In this document: positions 13,261 through 24,200 of the stretch, piece by piece
How positions within the stretch are numbered: the stretch's first letter is position 1
Layout of the letters: each line of letters begins with the position of its first letter
Assembly: GCF_020745735.1 (NCBI RefSeq)
Contig: NC_083409.1
Coordinates: forward strand, 13,267,259 to 13,331,258
Length of the DNA: 64,000 nucleotides
Direction of reading: 5' to 3'
Source of the DNA: Hemiscyllium ocellatum
Taxonomy: Eukaryota
Position numbers and translations under genes: made by a program
Notes under the pieces: model-generated
What the model saw: only the letters and a program-made list of their open reading frames with translations
What the model was told of the DNA's origin: nothing
The model's database searches: none

Positions 13261-13683
13261 TGTGATTGAGCAGAGTTAAAGCTGGGGGAGGTGGGAGCTC
13301 GGTGTCTCACTGTGCTGCTGCTGAGGTCAGTGAGGTCAGAGACTGGGACAGGGAGCCAGAACTCACATCAAACTCTGCCCGTGTCCGTCACACTGAGACT
13401 GGCAGGAGGCTACTCATTGAATTCACTCCATGCTGCAGGAATGGGACCACAGGCTGCAAATGGACAGAGCTCCTCCACACGATGAGTAAAACTTACTGAC
13501 TTATATCTTGCTGTTTAATGGGGTTATAGGACTAAAGAAATACATGTGTACACCGTATGGGACGCGGTGTTCCTCAATCAAACATTTCCTTCACTGCAAC
13601 ACTTCAACAATTCAGTATTTGTGTTTTATAAATTGTGTTTAGAGATTGAAAGGGTTAATAACAGAGGATTGAGGTTTACTTCC

Positions 13684-13718
13684 TCAGTCTGAGCTTGGTT
13701 CCTTTACTGAACGTAAGC
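13684..13718 (-). pseudogene. IGKJ: Ig kappa J segment (LTFSKGTKLRL) with a mutated splice donor
   Basis: G CTT ACG TTC AGT AAA GGA ACC AAG CTC AGA CTG A|GGAAGT; FGXG reads FSKG; expected donor GTAAGT reads GGAAGT at 13683-13678. Confidence 0.9.
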
Positions 13719-13757
13719 CACAGTGAGAGCTCCCAGTGCAGAGGCTGTACAAAAACC
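13719..13757 (+). promoter_or_regulatory. 23-spacer recombination signal sequence of J, perfect consensus
   Basis: CACAGTG 13719-13725, 23-nt spacer, ACAAAAACC 13749-13757. Confidence 0.97.
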
Positions 13758-14153
13758 TCAGCTCTCTGCTTCCCTCCATCATTCTCAACCGCTCCCTGTC
13801 TCTCTCTCTCTGTCTCTTACTTAGTCTCACCCACTCCCTGACCTCCCTCTGTCTCTCTCGGTAGTGTTCAGCTGGGCTTGTGCAGTTTGTGAACTTTATT
13901 TTTCGATGTTAAATCTTGCAGCTGCTCTTCACGTGTGGCCATGGAATGCAAGAGGGAAACTTGAGGCCTTCAGTGAGCGGTGGACACCACAGGGACTGGA
14001 GTGTGTCATGTACAGTGACAATCCCGGTATGGGGTAATTTGTTCAATTTCATTTACATATAACTGTGGATGTATCAGTGCAGGAGGTGGAACTGTGTATA
14101 TGTCACAAAAATGTGGAATGTGTTAGTACAGGTGGGGGTGCTGTGCTTATTGA

Positions 14154-14181
14154 GATTTTTGGATGGCTCTGTATCACCGTG
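14154..14181 (-). promoter_or_regulatory. 12-spacer recombination signal sequence of V, variant
   Basis: CACGGTG + ATACAGAGCCAT (12 nt) + CCAAAAATC; one heptamer and two nonamer mismatches to consensus. Confidence 0.92.
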
Positions 14182-14469
14182 AAGGCCAGCTGTAATGCTG
14201 CTGACAGTCATAGTCAGCGACATCCTCATTCTGAACGTTGCTGATTGTCAGGGTGAAACTGGTCCCTGATCCACTGCCGGTAAATCACTCGGAGATTCCT
14301 GTGAGTTGAGTTGCTGCAGCATAGATCAGGAGAGAGGGTTTCTGACCTTCTCGCTACTGGTACCAAGCAAGGTAGCTGCTAATGGCCCTACAGGTGATGG
14401 TTGCGGTCTGGCCCAGTCCCACTGACAGCAGTGGGGGAGACTGGGTCATGATGATGTCCTCACTGATAC
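14182..14469 (-). pseudogene. IGKV: Ig kappa V exon with two in-frame stops
   Basis: [94 protein letters not shown]; TAG at 14354-14356, TGA at 14285-14287. Confidence 0.95.
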
Positions 14470-14655
14470 CTGAGGGATCAGAGAGAAACACAGTGAAGTC
14501 AGAACTTTCACACAAAGAGCCTGTCAAATGAGAGATTGTTGGAGACACTGAGCATTCCTCTGGTTTCAGCATTTTCCCTTCAATCACAAGTCAGTGGAAT
14601 TGGAGTGAAATGGAGAGCAGCTAAAGATTCAAGGTGGAAGGAGAGAGATTTGTAC

Positions 14656-14704
14656 CTGCGACACAGAATGCCAGGGGCCAGATCAGCTGGATGTGTGAAA
14701 TCAT
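14656..14704 (-). CDS. IGKV: Ig kappa leader exon (MISHIQLIWPLAFCVAG)
   Basis: ATG at 14704, 49 nt, phase-1 donor G|GTACAA, 186-nt intron to the V acceptor ccctcag|GT. Confidence 0.92.
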
Positions 14705-14763
14705 GGTGTGTGCTCCTGTCCCTGTGCCTGGTTCCTGATAAACTCTCCCTTCACTGGGCTCTG

Positions 14764-14818
14764 CTTTATAAAGCTGCAGCCTGTGAGAGTCTGACTGGGT
14801 GTTCCTCAGTATGTAAAT
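14764..14818 (-). promoter_or_regulatory. V promoter: TATA box and variant octamer
   Basis: TATAAAG at 14770-14764; ATTTACAT at 14818-14811, one mismatch to ATTTGCAT, ~110 bp upstream of the ATG. Confidence 0.75.
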
Positions 14819-14857
14819 GGCATCAGGCAGAGAGAGCCACGTCAGCCCCTCACACTT

Positions 14858-14896
<39 letters not shown>

Positions 14897-14899
14897 GGC

Positions 14900-15790
14900 C
14901 CATTGTGTCTGTGCTATTAAACAAAGATCTGATGATCCTCCAGCTCTTGGCCCATTACCCTGGAGCCTACAGCAACACAAAGGAATATCTAAACACTGCT
15001 CCAATGTCATGAGAGTTTGTGACTCAACCAGCCTTTCAGGCAGTGAGTTCCAGACTCCCACCACCCTCTGGGTGAAAACATTTCTCCCTAACTCTTCTCT
15101 CAATCTCCAACTCGATTGGGCCTGGACTCAGAAGGATAAGAGGGGATCTGATTGAAATGTATAATATTCTAACAGGGCTGGGCAGGGAGGAGGTTTCCCC
15201 TGGTCGGGGAGTCTGGAACCGGGAGACAGTCTCAGGGGGATATGGGGTAGACTATTTCAGACTGAGATGAGGAAACATTTCTTCATTCAGAGGATGGTCG
15301 ATCTGTGGAATTATCTTCCACTGAAGGCTATGGAGGACAAGGAACTGAATATATTCAAGAGAAAGAGAGAGATATTTGTTTTGCATTTTAACAGCATGAA
15401 GGGAATGGGGAGAAAGTAGGAAGGTGACTTCAAGAGAGAGGATCAGCCATGATCATACTGAATGACAGAACAGTCTCAAAGGGCCGAATGGCCTACTCCT
15501 GCAGCACTTTCTTTGTGTCCGTGTCTATTTTTCCTTCAATCTCTGTCCCTGGTTATTGAGTCCTTGACTCTTGTAAAAAGTGCCTTCCTACTCCCCCTAT
15601 CACTGCCCTGAATAATCTTATCCCCCTCTATCAGGTCCCCTCTCAGCCTTCACTGCTGCATGGAAAACAACCCCAACCTTTCCAATCTTTCTCCACAGCT
15701 GACCCTCCATCCCAGGCAGCATCCTGGTAAATCTCTGCACCCTCTCAAGTACAATCACATCCTTCCAAGAATGTGGTGACCAGGACTTGT
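14900..15790. mobile_element. CR1 3' fragments in both orientations
   Basis: FTQRVVGVWNSLPE (minus), CR1 3' UTR GGCCGAATGGCCTACT (plus), WKDVIVLERVQ (minus). Confidence 0.75.
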
Positions 15791-16350
15791 CCCTCTGTCT
15801 CTCTCTGTCTCTGACTCTCTCTCTCTCTTCCTCTCTCACTCTGTCTCAAAGCCACTCTCTCCAACTTACACTTCCTCACTCCGTCCCATAATCTCTATTT
15901 CTGCATCTTTCTCTCTCACCATCACTCGCTCCATTGCTCACTTCAATTGAAAACCTCCAAATGTTAATTGCCCCTCTCTATTCCTCTCTCTGTCTCTCCC
16001 TCCCTCTCTGCATCCCAATCTACAGTCTCTCTCCCTCCATCTCTGTCATTCTGTCTCTGACCATACTCATGTCTCTCTCTCTCTCTCACACTCAACCCTA
16101 CCCACTCTCTCTTGATTCCCTTCACTCTTGTTATCACACCCATCCTATCTCTTTTTCTCTACCCATCCCGATCAGTCACATCTTGTTTCTCTCTCTCTCT
16201 ATCCCTCAATCACACCACGTCTACCTCCCTCTACCTCTCTCTTGGCCCCTTCACATATCACACACTGTCTCAGATGCCCCTCCCTCTATCGCTCGATCAC
16301 ACACACAATTTGCACCTACCTCTCTCTTTGTCTTGCTTCTCTGTCTTTCT
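15790..16350. repeat. CT-rich (GA-rich on minus) low-complexity tract
   Basis: Imperfect (CT)n over ~550 bp. Confidence 0.85.
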
Positions 16351-16353
16351 CAC

Positions 16354-16717
16354 AGTGTCCCAGGTGGTGAAAGTTGAATTCAGGATAAATCTCCCTCTGC
16401 TCTGCCCCACTAATGGATGTTAACCCTTGACCCAAAAGCATGTCTTTTCCTGGAGTAACTCCCCATTTCTCACAGGGATTGACCTCATTCAGGACGATGG
16501 ACAGATTCTTGTCAAATGAAGGGCAGTTCTGTTCTGTTGCCCTATTCTCACTGGGGACTGGTTTGGACACAAACCTCATTCCATGAAGGCCCAGCAGAGA
16601 GAGGAGATCCTCAGGCCATCAGTGTGAGCTGGAGGGACAGGACAATTTCTGACTCAGTGACCCAGCCTGTCCATCCACAACATGTTCCAATCCTTTTCCC
16701 TTTCCTTCCCCTGCCAT
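16354..16717 (-). other. Orphan exon-like reading frame, product unknown
   Basis: atcATGG start; 121 codons with one TGA (16619-16621): MAGEGKGKGLEHVVDGQAGSLSQKLSCPSSSH*WPEDLLSLLGLHGMRFVSKP...IYPEFNFHHLGH; donor-like T|GTGAGA at 16353; unique sequence between repeats. Confidence 0.3.
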
Positions 16718-16814
16718 GATCAGTCTCTGAATCAGGCTGTTTGACTGGGATGAGGGCTGGAGCATCACACAGTTCCAACAGAAAGGAACTGACCACATAC
16801 CCACCATGTGTACA

Positions 16815-18450
16815 TGACGTACTGGACTCTCCAACAGAGTCCACTAAACATGGAATTTAGTTCACAAGGCTGCTCGATAGAGAGACATGGGCCTCCTTCC
16901 CACTGAAGTTCCCAGAAGAGACCAGTAAACATGAGCTCCTTCCTGCTGGAATCTCCAACAGAGACCAGTAAACATTGGCCTACTTCTGATTTGATCCTCC
17001 AAGAGAGATCAGTCAACATGGGCCTCCTATTCATTGGACTTTCCGATTCAGACAAGTAGATGACTGAGTTTTTGAAGAAGTAATCACAAACCTTGATAAA
17101 GGTAGAGCAGTACACTCTGTCTACTCGGACTTTAGCAAGGCCTTAGACAAGGTTCCTCATGGTAGATTGCTCAGTAAGATTATATCACATAGGATCCAAG
17201 GAGAATGAGCCAATTAGATATAAAATTGGCCTGATGATAGGAGGCAGAGGCTGGTGAGAGAGGGTTGTTCTTCAGACTGGAGGCCAGTGACCAGCCGTCT
17301 GCCACAAGAATCGATCCTGGATCCACTGTTGTTCGTCATTTATGTGAACAATTTGGAGAGAAAATAGCAGGAATGGTCAGGAAGTTTGTGGCTGACATTA
17401 AAATTGTTGGCATCGTGGACAGGGAAGAAGGTTATCGAAGAGTGCAATGTCATCTTCATCAACTGGGCCAGTGGGTCAACAAATCCAGATGGAAATTCTG
17501 ATGAATGGAAGGAGTTACATTTTGGTAAGGCAAACCAGGGCAGGAATTACACAATTAATGGTAGAGCCATGGGGAGTGTTGTTGAACAGAGAGACCGAGG
17601 GGTACAGGTACATAGTTCCTGGAAAATGGTGTCACAGGTAGACAGGGTGGTGCAGAAGGTATTTGGCACGTGCACCTTCACTGGTCAAAGCAGAGAGTAC
17701 AGGAGCTGGGACATCATGTTACAGCTGTACAAGGCATCGGTAAGGCCACATTTGGTCACTGTGTACATTTCTGCTCACCCTGCTATAGGAAGGAAGTCAT
17801 TACGCTGGTTTGAATAAAAGAAAGATTAACAGGGATGTTACCAAGATTGGAGGGTTTGAATTATAAGGCGAGGATGGATATGCCAAGATGTTTTTTCCAG
17901 GGAATGCAGGAGATTGAGGGGTGACCTTATATAGGTTTATAGAATCATGAGGGTCATAGATAAGGTAAATAGCCAAAGTCTTTTCCCCAGGGTAGGAGAA
18001 TCCAGTACTAAAAGGAATAGGTTTAAGTTGAGGGGGGAAAGGATTAAAAGGAAACTGAGAGACAACCTTTTCACACAGAGGTTGGTGTGTATGTGTAATG
18101 AGCTGCCAGAGGAAGTGGTAGAGGGGAGTACAGTTACTACATTTCAAGGAGATTTTTACAGCAACATGGATAGGAAGGATTCAGAGAGATTTGGGCCAAA
18201 CACAGGCAAATGGGATTTGTTCAGTTTTGGAAACTTGGTAAGCATGGATGAGTTGGGCTGAAGGGCCTGATGCCATGCTGTAAACCTCTATGACTCTATG
18301 ATGATGTATACATGAGCCACCTTCCCATAGAACCAGTAAACATGGACCTCCGTCCCACTGGAACCTCCAACAGACACCAATAAACATAGACCTCCTTCTC
18401 ACTGGATGCTTCAGGAGAGACCAGTAAACATGGGCCTCCTTCCCACTGGA
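16815..18450. repeat. 44-bp minisatellite (16815-17050 and 18312-18450) split by a CR1
   Basis: Unit ~GAGACCAGTAAACATGGGCCTCCTTCCCACTGGAACCTCCAACA on both sides of the CR1. Confidence 0.8.
17052..18305 (+). mobile_element. 5'-truncated CR1 LINE
   Basis: DFSKALDKVPH RT motif, FVADIKIVG, SLFPRVGES...FTQRLV, ending in (CTATGA)n. Confidence 0.85.
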
Positions 18451-19019
18451 CTGTCCAGTACTTGAGCTGCAAACCCCAAATCCACTCCATCATGAAGGTC
18501 CCTGATTTCAGTCTCAACAACACTGTCTGTCTCTGCACGACTTCAGTCCCCTGACCACAGAAACACTAATTCCTGCTTGTCCTAACTATTGATTCCAATG
18601 TCCTCTCCCGGCTTCCTGAAGTCACATTCCATAAACCCCAACTTGTCTGATATGGAGTGGTCCCTTCCTTGTCTGACATCTGAAGTCGTTCAAGAATGAG
18701 CTCACATACAACCAATTGCCTCCATGGCCTCCCTCCTCCCTCAATCTGAGCCCTGCTGCAGACTCACTTTCCCTCCCTCCCCCTTCCATCTTCTGTCTCT
18801 GGTCTCCTGCCCATTGCTGCTTCCTCCATCCCACCATTGACAGCAGAGCCTTCAGGCCCCTACAGCATGCTCTCTGACCTCCTGCCCTTCATCCCTCCTC
18901 CTCCTCTCAATTGTTGTGTTACTGAATATATTGTTCAGTCCCATTGCTTTTGGTTTACTGTTCCCTTGTCATTGATTTGCTGACTTACTCTAGTGAATCT
19001 AGTCTGGGCCTGTTTCCTG

Positions 19020-20250
19020 AGTTGTCAAGAGTGTTTGAGAAAGCATTCTTCTGTAAACTGGATTGTCTGTTTCTCCCAGTCTTTGTGTAAAGGTGAGACT
19101 AAGTGTGTGTAAGTTCTTATACAGCACAGACAGAGGTCATTGGGCCTATTGTGACTGTTAGACAAATTAGTCCAATGAGTCCCATTTACCCAGCCCTTCC
19201 TGTATAACCCTGCAATTGTTTCCTTTACAGCTATTTCTCCAAAGGCCCTTTTGAAAGTTGCTGTTGAATCCACTCCCACTCACCTTGCAGACAGACATCA
19301 TGAACTCGCTGGATAAAAAATGTTCCTATCTTCTCTCTTGTTCTTCAGACCCTTTCTGAAATGTGTGCCCTCTGGTTACTGACCCTCCTGCCTGGAGAAA
19401 CAATTTGTCCTGTATTTACTGCATCCAAACTCTCTAATTGTGAACCCCTCATTGAGTGAGACCTATTTCCAGCACAGGGGGGAACATTCAGCCTGTCAGG
19501 TAAATGCTGTCATTTCATGGAGCAATCCAGTCAGTCCCACCCCCTCCCCTACTCGACCCCCAGAGCCTTGCAGGTTTATTTCCATCAAGAGCCCATCCAA
19601 TCTGCCATTGCAATCACTGAGTGTCTTCACCTGCCTCACCTGAATGGCACTAATTTCCAATTTATTACCAATTGCTGTTCAAAACAAAGTTCTTCCTGAC
19701 ATCCCGAATCTCTTGCCCAACAAAATGTAAGGTAACTTAAATGTGAAGATGGGATTTTGTCTCCACACGGACTGTGCGGTGGTCACCCTTACTGATACTG
19801 TCATGGACAGATACACCAGCAGCAGGCAGGTTGGTGAGGGTGATAGTGAGTATGTTGTTCCCTCTTGTTGGTTCCCTCACCACCTGCCCCAGGTCCAGTC
19901 TAGCAGCTGAATCAGGTGGAACCTGACCAGCTTGCTCAGTAGTGATGCTTCTGAGCAGCTTTTGATGGTGGACTTTGAAGTCCCTTACTCACGGTATATC
20001 CTGCATCATTCCCATCCTCAGTGCTCCCTCCAAGTGTTGTCAAACATGGAGGAGGACTGACTGCTCAGTTGAGGTTGGAGGGGAGGGCGGTGCTATGTGG
20101 TAATCAGCAGGAGGTTTCCTTCCCCATGTTTGACCTGCTGTCATGAGGCTTCATGGGTTCCATAGTTAATGGTGAGGACTCCCAGGGCAACTCCCTTCTG
20201 ACTGTACACACCACTGTGTTGCTTCCCCTGCTTGGTCTATCCTGCCAGTT
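19020..20250 (-). mobile_element. CR1 3' fragments and a second-family LINE fragment
   Basis: Minus-strand CR1 3' UTR motifs; 19740-20250 resembles the antisense of the LINE family at 35110-36640. Confidence 0.55.
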
Positions 20251-20421
20251 AAAAACTGAATGAGGGAAAATTCTGTGCAGGTTTCACAGCTTGGAGACAG
20301 AGCTGCTGCTGGATTCTGTTTCTAATCTCGAAGTGCAGGCGTGTGTGTTTGTGAGAGAGTGACTGACACTTTTTCCATCACTGTGCTGTTTCTGAAAAGA
20401 AAAATCCCAGAACCAGCCTCC

Positions 20422-20773
20422 TGTGCTGTCAGGTTCCAGGGAGAGCAGACAGTTCACAGTTTTCTCCCATCTCAGTAACAAACACCCAGCTGCTCCGAGC
20501 TCCTTCTTTCACTTCCTCTTTTGGTGAATTTTCAACCTTGTGCTCTGACAGTCTTTGCAACTATTTTTTACACTGGGGCTTTCTGCTGTGGTCAGAATCT
20601 CTAATAATAAGTGTCTAATCAGTGACAATCACAGCAGCTAAGAGCAGTCAGGACTGAAAAGCCCGGACTCACTGTGTAACATATTGGGAAGATCAAAGCC
20701 ATCCTCTTCATCTCCTGCTCCAAACTCCATCCCTCTCCCTGGGGGTCTGCTGCACAACCAGACCCTTTACAAA
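20422..20773 (-). promoter_or_regulatory. Unique element with EICE (PU.1/IRF) site and E-box, copy A
   Basis: GAGGAAGTGAAA at 20518-20507, CAGCTG at 20487-20492; inverted paralog at 41682-42035. Confidence 0.6.
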
Positions 20774-20799
20774 CGTGGCCACATCTCTGAGAATGATCT

Positions 20800-21270
20800 G
20801 ACCCCTATATCCTCCATATTATACAGACCAGCCACTGAAAATCTCAATCATGTCTGTGGGACTCCAAACATGACCATTCCAATGTTGTGCTAGCACACAT
20901 CACAGCAATCGCCCTCCATAACCTTCAGTTCATCCCAAATTCTGATGCCTGTATTCAAACTTGCATCAAGTCCTGTTCCCCCAACCCCCTGCACCCTGTA
21001 TCTACATTGGCTCCTCTCCAGCAACTCCTTGATTGTCGAGTTCTCATCCTTGTTCGCAAAACCCTCTCTGCCCTCCACCCTCCCTATCTCTGCCTCAGTC
21101 AGTGTGACCAGCAATCTTGGATGTACAGCTCTCTGTTTCTTCATCCAAGTCATTCAGAAATATCATAAAAAGCTGAGCTCCCAGCACAGATCCCTGGGGA
21201 TACCACTATTCACATCTTCCTCACTGGAGGATGCACTCACTATTCTTCCTCTCTGCCTCCTACCTCCAAA
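20800..21270 (+). mobile_element. L2 LINE relic
   Basis: LQFIPNSDACI...LILVRKTLSALHPPYL resembles the L2 ORF2 C-terminus. Confidence 0.65.
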
Positions 21271-21289
21271 CTAATTCCTGACCAAAGAC

Positions 21290-24200
21290 AAATACTTTTC
21301 TCTGATTGGCTTGATGGTAGGAAGCAGTGGGTAACAGTGGAAGGATGCTTGTCAGACTAGAGGCCTGTGTCTAGTGGAGTGCCTCAGGGCTCAGTCCTGG
21401 GCCCATTACTCATTGCTATCCACATCAATAACTTGGATGAGAATCTGCAAGGCATGATTGGGAAGTTTGCAGATGACATTACAGTAGACATTGAGGGAGG
21501 TTATCAGAAATTGCAGCAGGACCTTGATCAGCTGTAGAAATGAGCAGAGAAATGACAAAATGAGTTCAGAGAGATAATTGTGATAGTTGCACTTTCGGAA
21601 GTTTAATCGAGGTGGGAGTACCATGGTGAATGGTAAGGCCTTAAGGACTGTAGTGAAACAGAGAGATCTTGGAGTTCAGGTACACGGTTCTCTGGAAGTT
21701 GAGTCACAGTTCGACAGGGCAGTGAGGAAGGCTTTTGACACACTGGCCTTCATCAGTCAGGGCATTGAGTATAGAAGTTGAGAAGTTATGTTACCATTGT
21801 ACAGAACGTTGGTGAGGTCGCACTTGGAGTATTTGGTCACCTTGTTATAGGAAGGACATTATTAAACTGGAACAAGTTCAGAGGAAATGTACAAGCATGT
21901 TGCTAGGACTCAACAATCTGAGTTTTTGTGAGAGGTTGGACAAGCTAGGACTTTTTTCAGAGAGTGTAGGAGACTGAGGGTTTTTTTTTAGAAGTGTATA
22001 AGACCTTGAGAGACATGGATAGGGTGAATGCACTCAGTCTTTTTCCCAGGGTTGGGGAATTGAGGATGAGAGGGGTTTTAGGTTAGAGGAGAAAGAATAA
22101 AAGGGAACCTGAGGGACAACTTGTTTACACAGAGGGTGGCACGCATATGGAATGATCTGCCAGTGGAAGTGATTGAGGCGGGTATATTAACAACTTTAAA
22201 AAGGCATTTGGACAAATGCATGGATAGGAAAGGCTCCGAAGGATATGGGCCAAGTGCAGGGAAATGGGGTTAGCATGGATGGACATTTTGGTCAGCATGG
22301 ACCAGTGTGGACCAAAAAGCCTGTCTCTGTGCTGTAGGACTCGATGACTCTTTGACTCTATAATTCCATAGGTTTCTATGTTTACGGACAGTCTCTCAAA
22401 CGCAGAACAAAGTAACGAACAGCAGGACTAGGCCATTCAGCCCTTCGAGTGGGGTCTGCCATTAAATATGACCATGGCTGATCATTCAACTTAGTCCCGT
22501 TCCCACTTTTTTCCCATAACCTTAATCCCTTTCGTCCTAAGTCCCTTTAGACCTATCTCCTTCTTGAAAACTTTTAATGTTTTGGTCTCAACTGCTTTCT
22601 GTGATAGAATATTCCATGAGCTTCCCACTCTCTGGCTAAAGAAATGTCTCCTCAGCTCAATCTGAAATAACCTTTCCCTTTTCTTTAAACTGTAATTCCT
22701 GGTTCTGGATTCTCCAATGATCAGGAACATACTTCCTGTGTTTTTCCGGTCTTGTCCTGTTAGGATTTTAAAGGTTCCAACGTGATTCCTCTCAATCTTC
22801 TAACCTCCAGTGAATATAATCCTAACTGATCCAGTTTCTCAACAGATCTAAGTGCTGTCATCCCAGGAATCAGTCTGGTAAACTTTCGCTGTCCTCCCTC
22901 CACAACCAGAACATCCTTTCTCAGATAAGGAGACCAAAACTGTACACAATACAATCATAAAATCACACAGTACAGAACAGGTCCTTCAGCCCATTAACTG
23001 TGTACCAGCCAAACTACACTAAACCTGCACCAATCCCACTTTCCAATATGAGCCCATAGCTAGAATGTTATGACATTTCAACTGCTCACCCAAGTACTTT
23101 TTAAAGTTTGTGAGGTTTCCCACGTCAACTGCTCTCCCAGGCTGTGTGTTCCAGACCCCCACCACCCTCTGGATAAAAAAACATTTTCCTCAAAACATCT
23201 TGAAACTTCCTATCTTTCACAATGAATGTAAACCAACTTTTTATTGACCCTCCCATGAAGAAGAACAGCTGCTTTCTCTCCTCCCTGTCCATTCCTCTCA
23301 TAACCTTATACACCTCGATCAGGTCCCCCTCCACCTTCTCTGCTCTGAAGAAAACAACCGAGCTGATCCAATTTCTCTTCATCACTAAGAGGTTCCATCC
23401 CACACAACATCCTGGTGATTCCCCTCTGCACCCCATCCAGTGCAATCACATCCTTCCTACAGTGTGGTGACCTGAACTGCACACAGTACTCCAGCTGTGG
23501 CCTCACCAATGTTCTGCTTAACTGCACCATCTCCTCCTGCTTTTATAACCAATACCTGACATGACCAAGGCAAGTGTCCTCTGTTAACCTGTCTTGCCAC
23601 ATTCGGGGATCAGTGGACAAGTACCCCAAGATCACTCTGTTCCTTTGAGCTTTCTCAGGTCCAAGAACAAGGGACAAAGAAAATTACAAAACAGGAACAG
23701 GCCCTTCGGCCCTCCAAGCCTGCACTGATCCATAGCTTCAATCTCGACCTATCATCAATTTTCCAAGGATCTGTATCCCTCTGCTCCCTGCCCATTCATG
23801 CATCTATCTCGATACATCTTTAATGATGCTATCATGCCCGCCTCTACCACTTCCGCTGCCAACGTGTTCCAGGTACCAACCACTCTCTGCGTAAAGAACG
23901 TTCCACGCATATCTCCCTTAAACCTTTCTCCTCTCACCTTGAACCCATGGTCCCTAGCAATTGAACCCCTCACTCTGGGAAAAATCTTCTTGCTATCCAT
24001 CATGTTTATAGCTCTCATGATTTTGTAGACCTCTAGCAGGTCCTCCCTCAATCTTCAACTTTCTATTGAAAATGATGCTAATCTACTCAACCTCTCTTCA
24101 TAGCTCATGCCCTCCATATGAGACAATCCTGGTTAAGCTCCTCTGCACCGTCTCCAAAGCATCCTCATCCTTTTGGTAATGTGGCGATCAGAACTGTATG

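Larger units (their letters stand above)
3442..14818 (-). pseudogene. IGK: Unrearranged single V-J-C kappa light-chain cluster, pseudogene
   Basis: One L-V, one J and one C in the same orientation; 12-RSS on V and 23-RSS on J (kappa polarity); two stops in V and a non-GT J donor. Confidence 0.9.

Noticed and set aside
13308-13314. Lone sense-strand CACAGTG in the J-C intron, like the mammalian kappa intron RSS used by KDE
   Set aside because: No nonamer at 12 or 23 nt, no 23-RSS found downstream of C, and several other lone heptamers occur in the window
14489-14520. CACAGTG followed by ACAAAGAGC in the leader intron
   Set aside because: Spacer is 16 nt, which fits neither 12 nor 23
15934-16423. 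Plus-strand ORFs of 80-147 aa rich in Leu/Ser
   Set aside because: Produced by the (CT)n tract
16815-17050. Regular repeats that might suggest a CRISPR-like array
   Set aside because: Contiguous degenerate tandem units with no unique spacers, in a vertebrate genome
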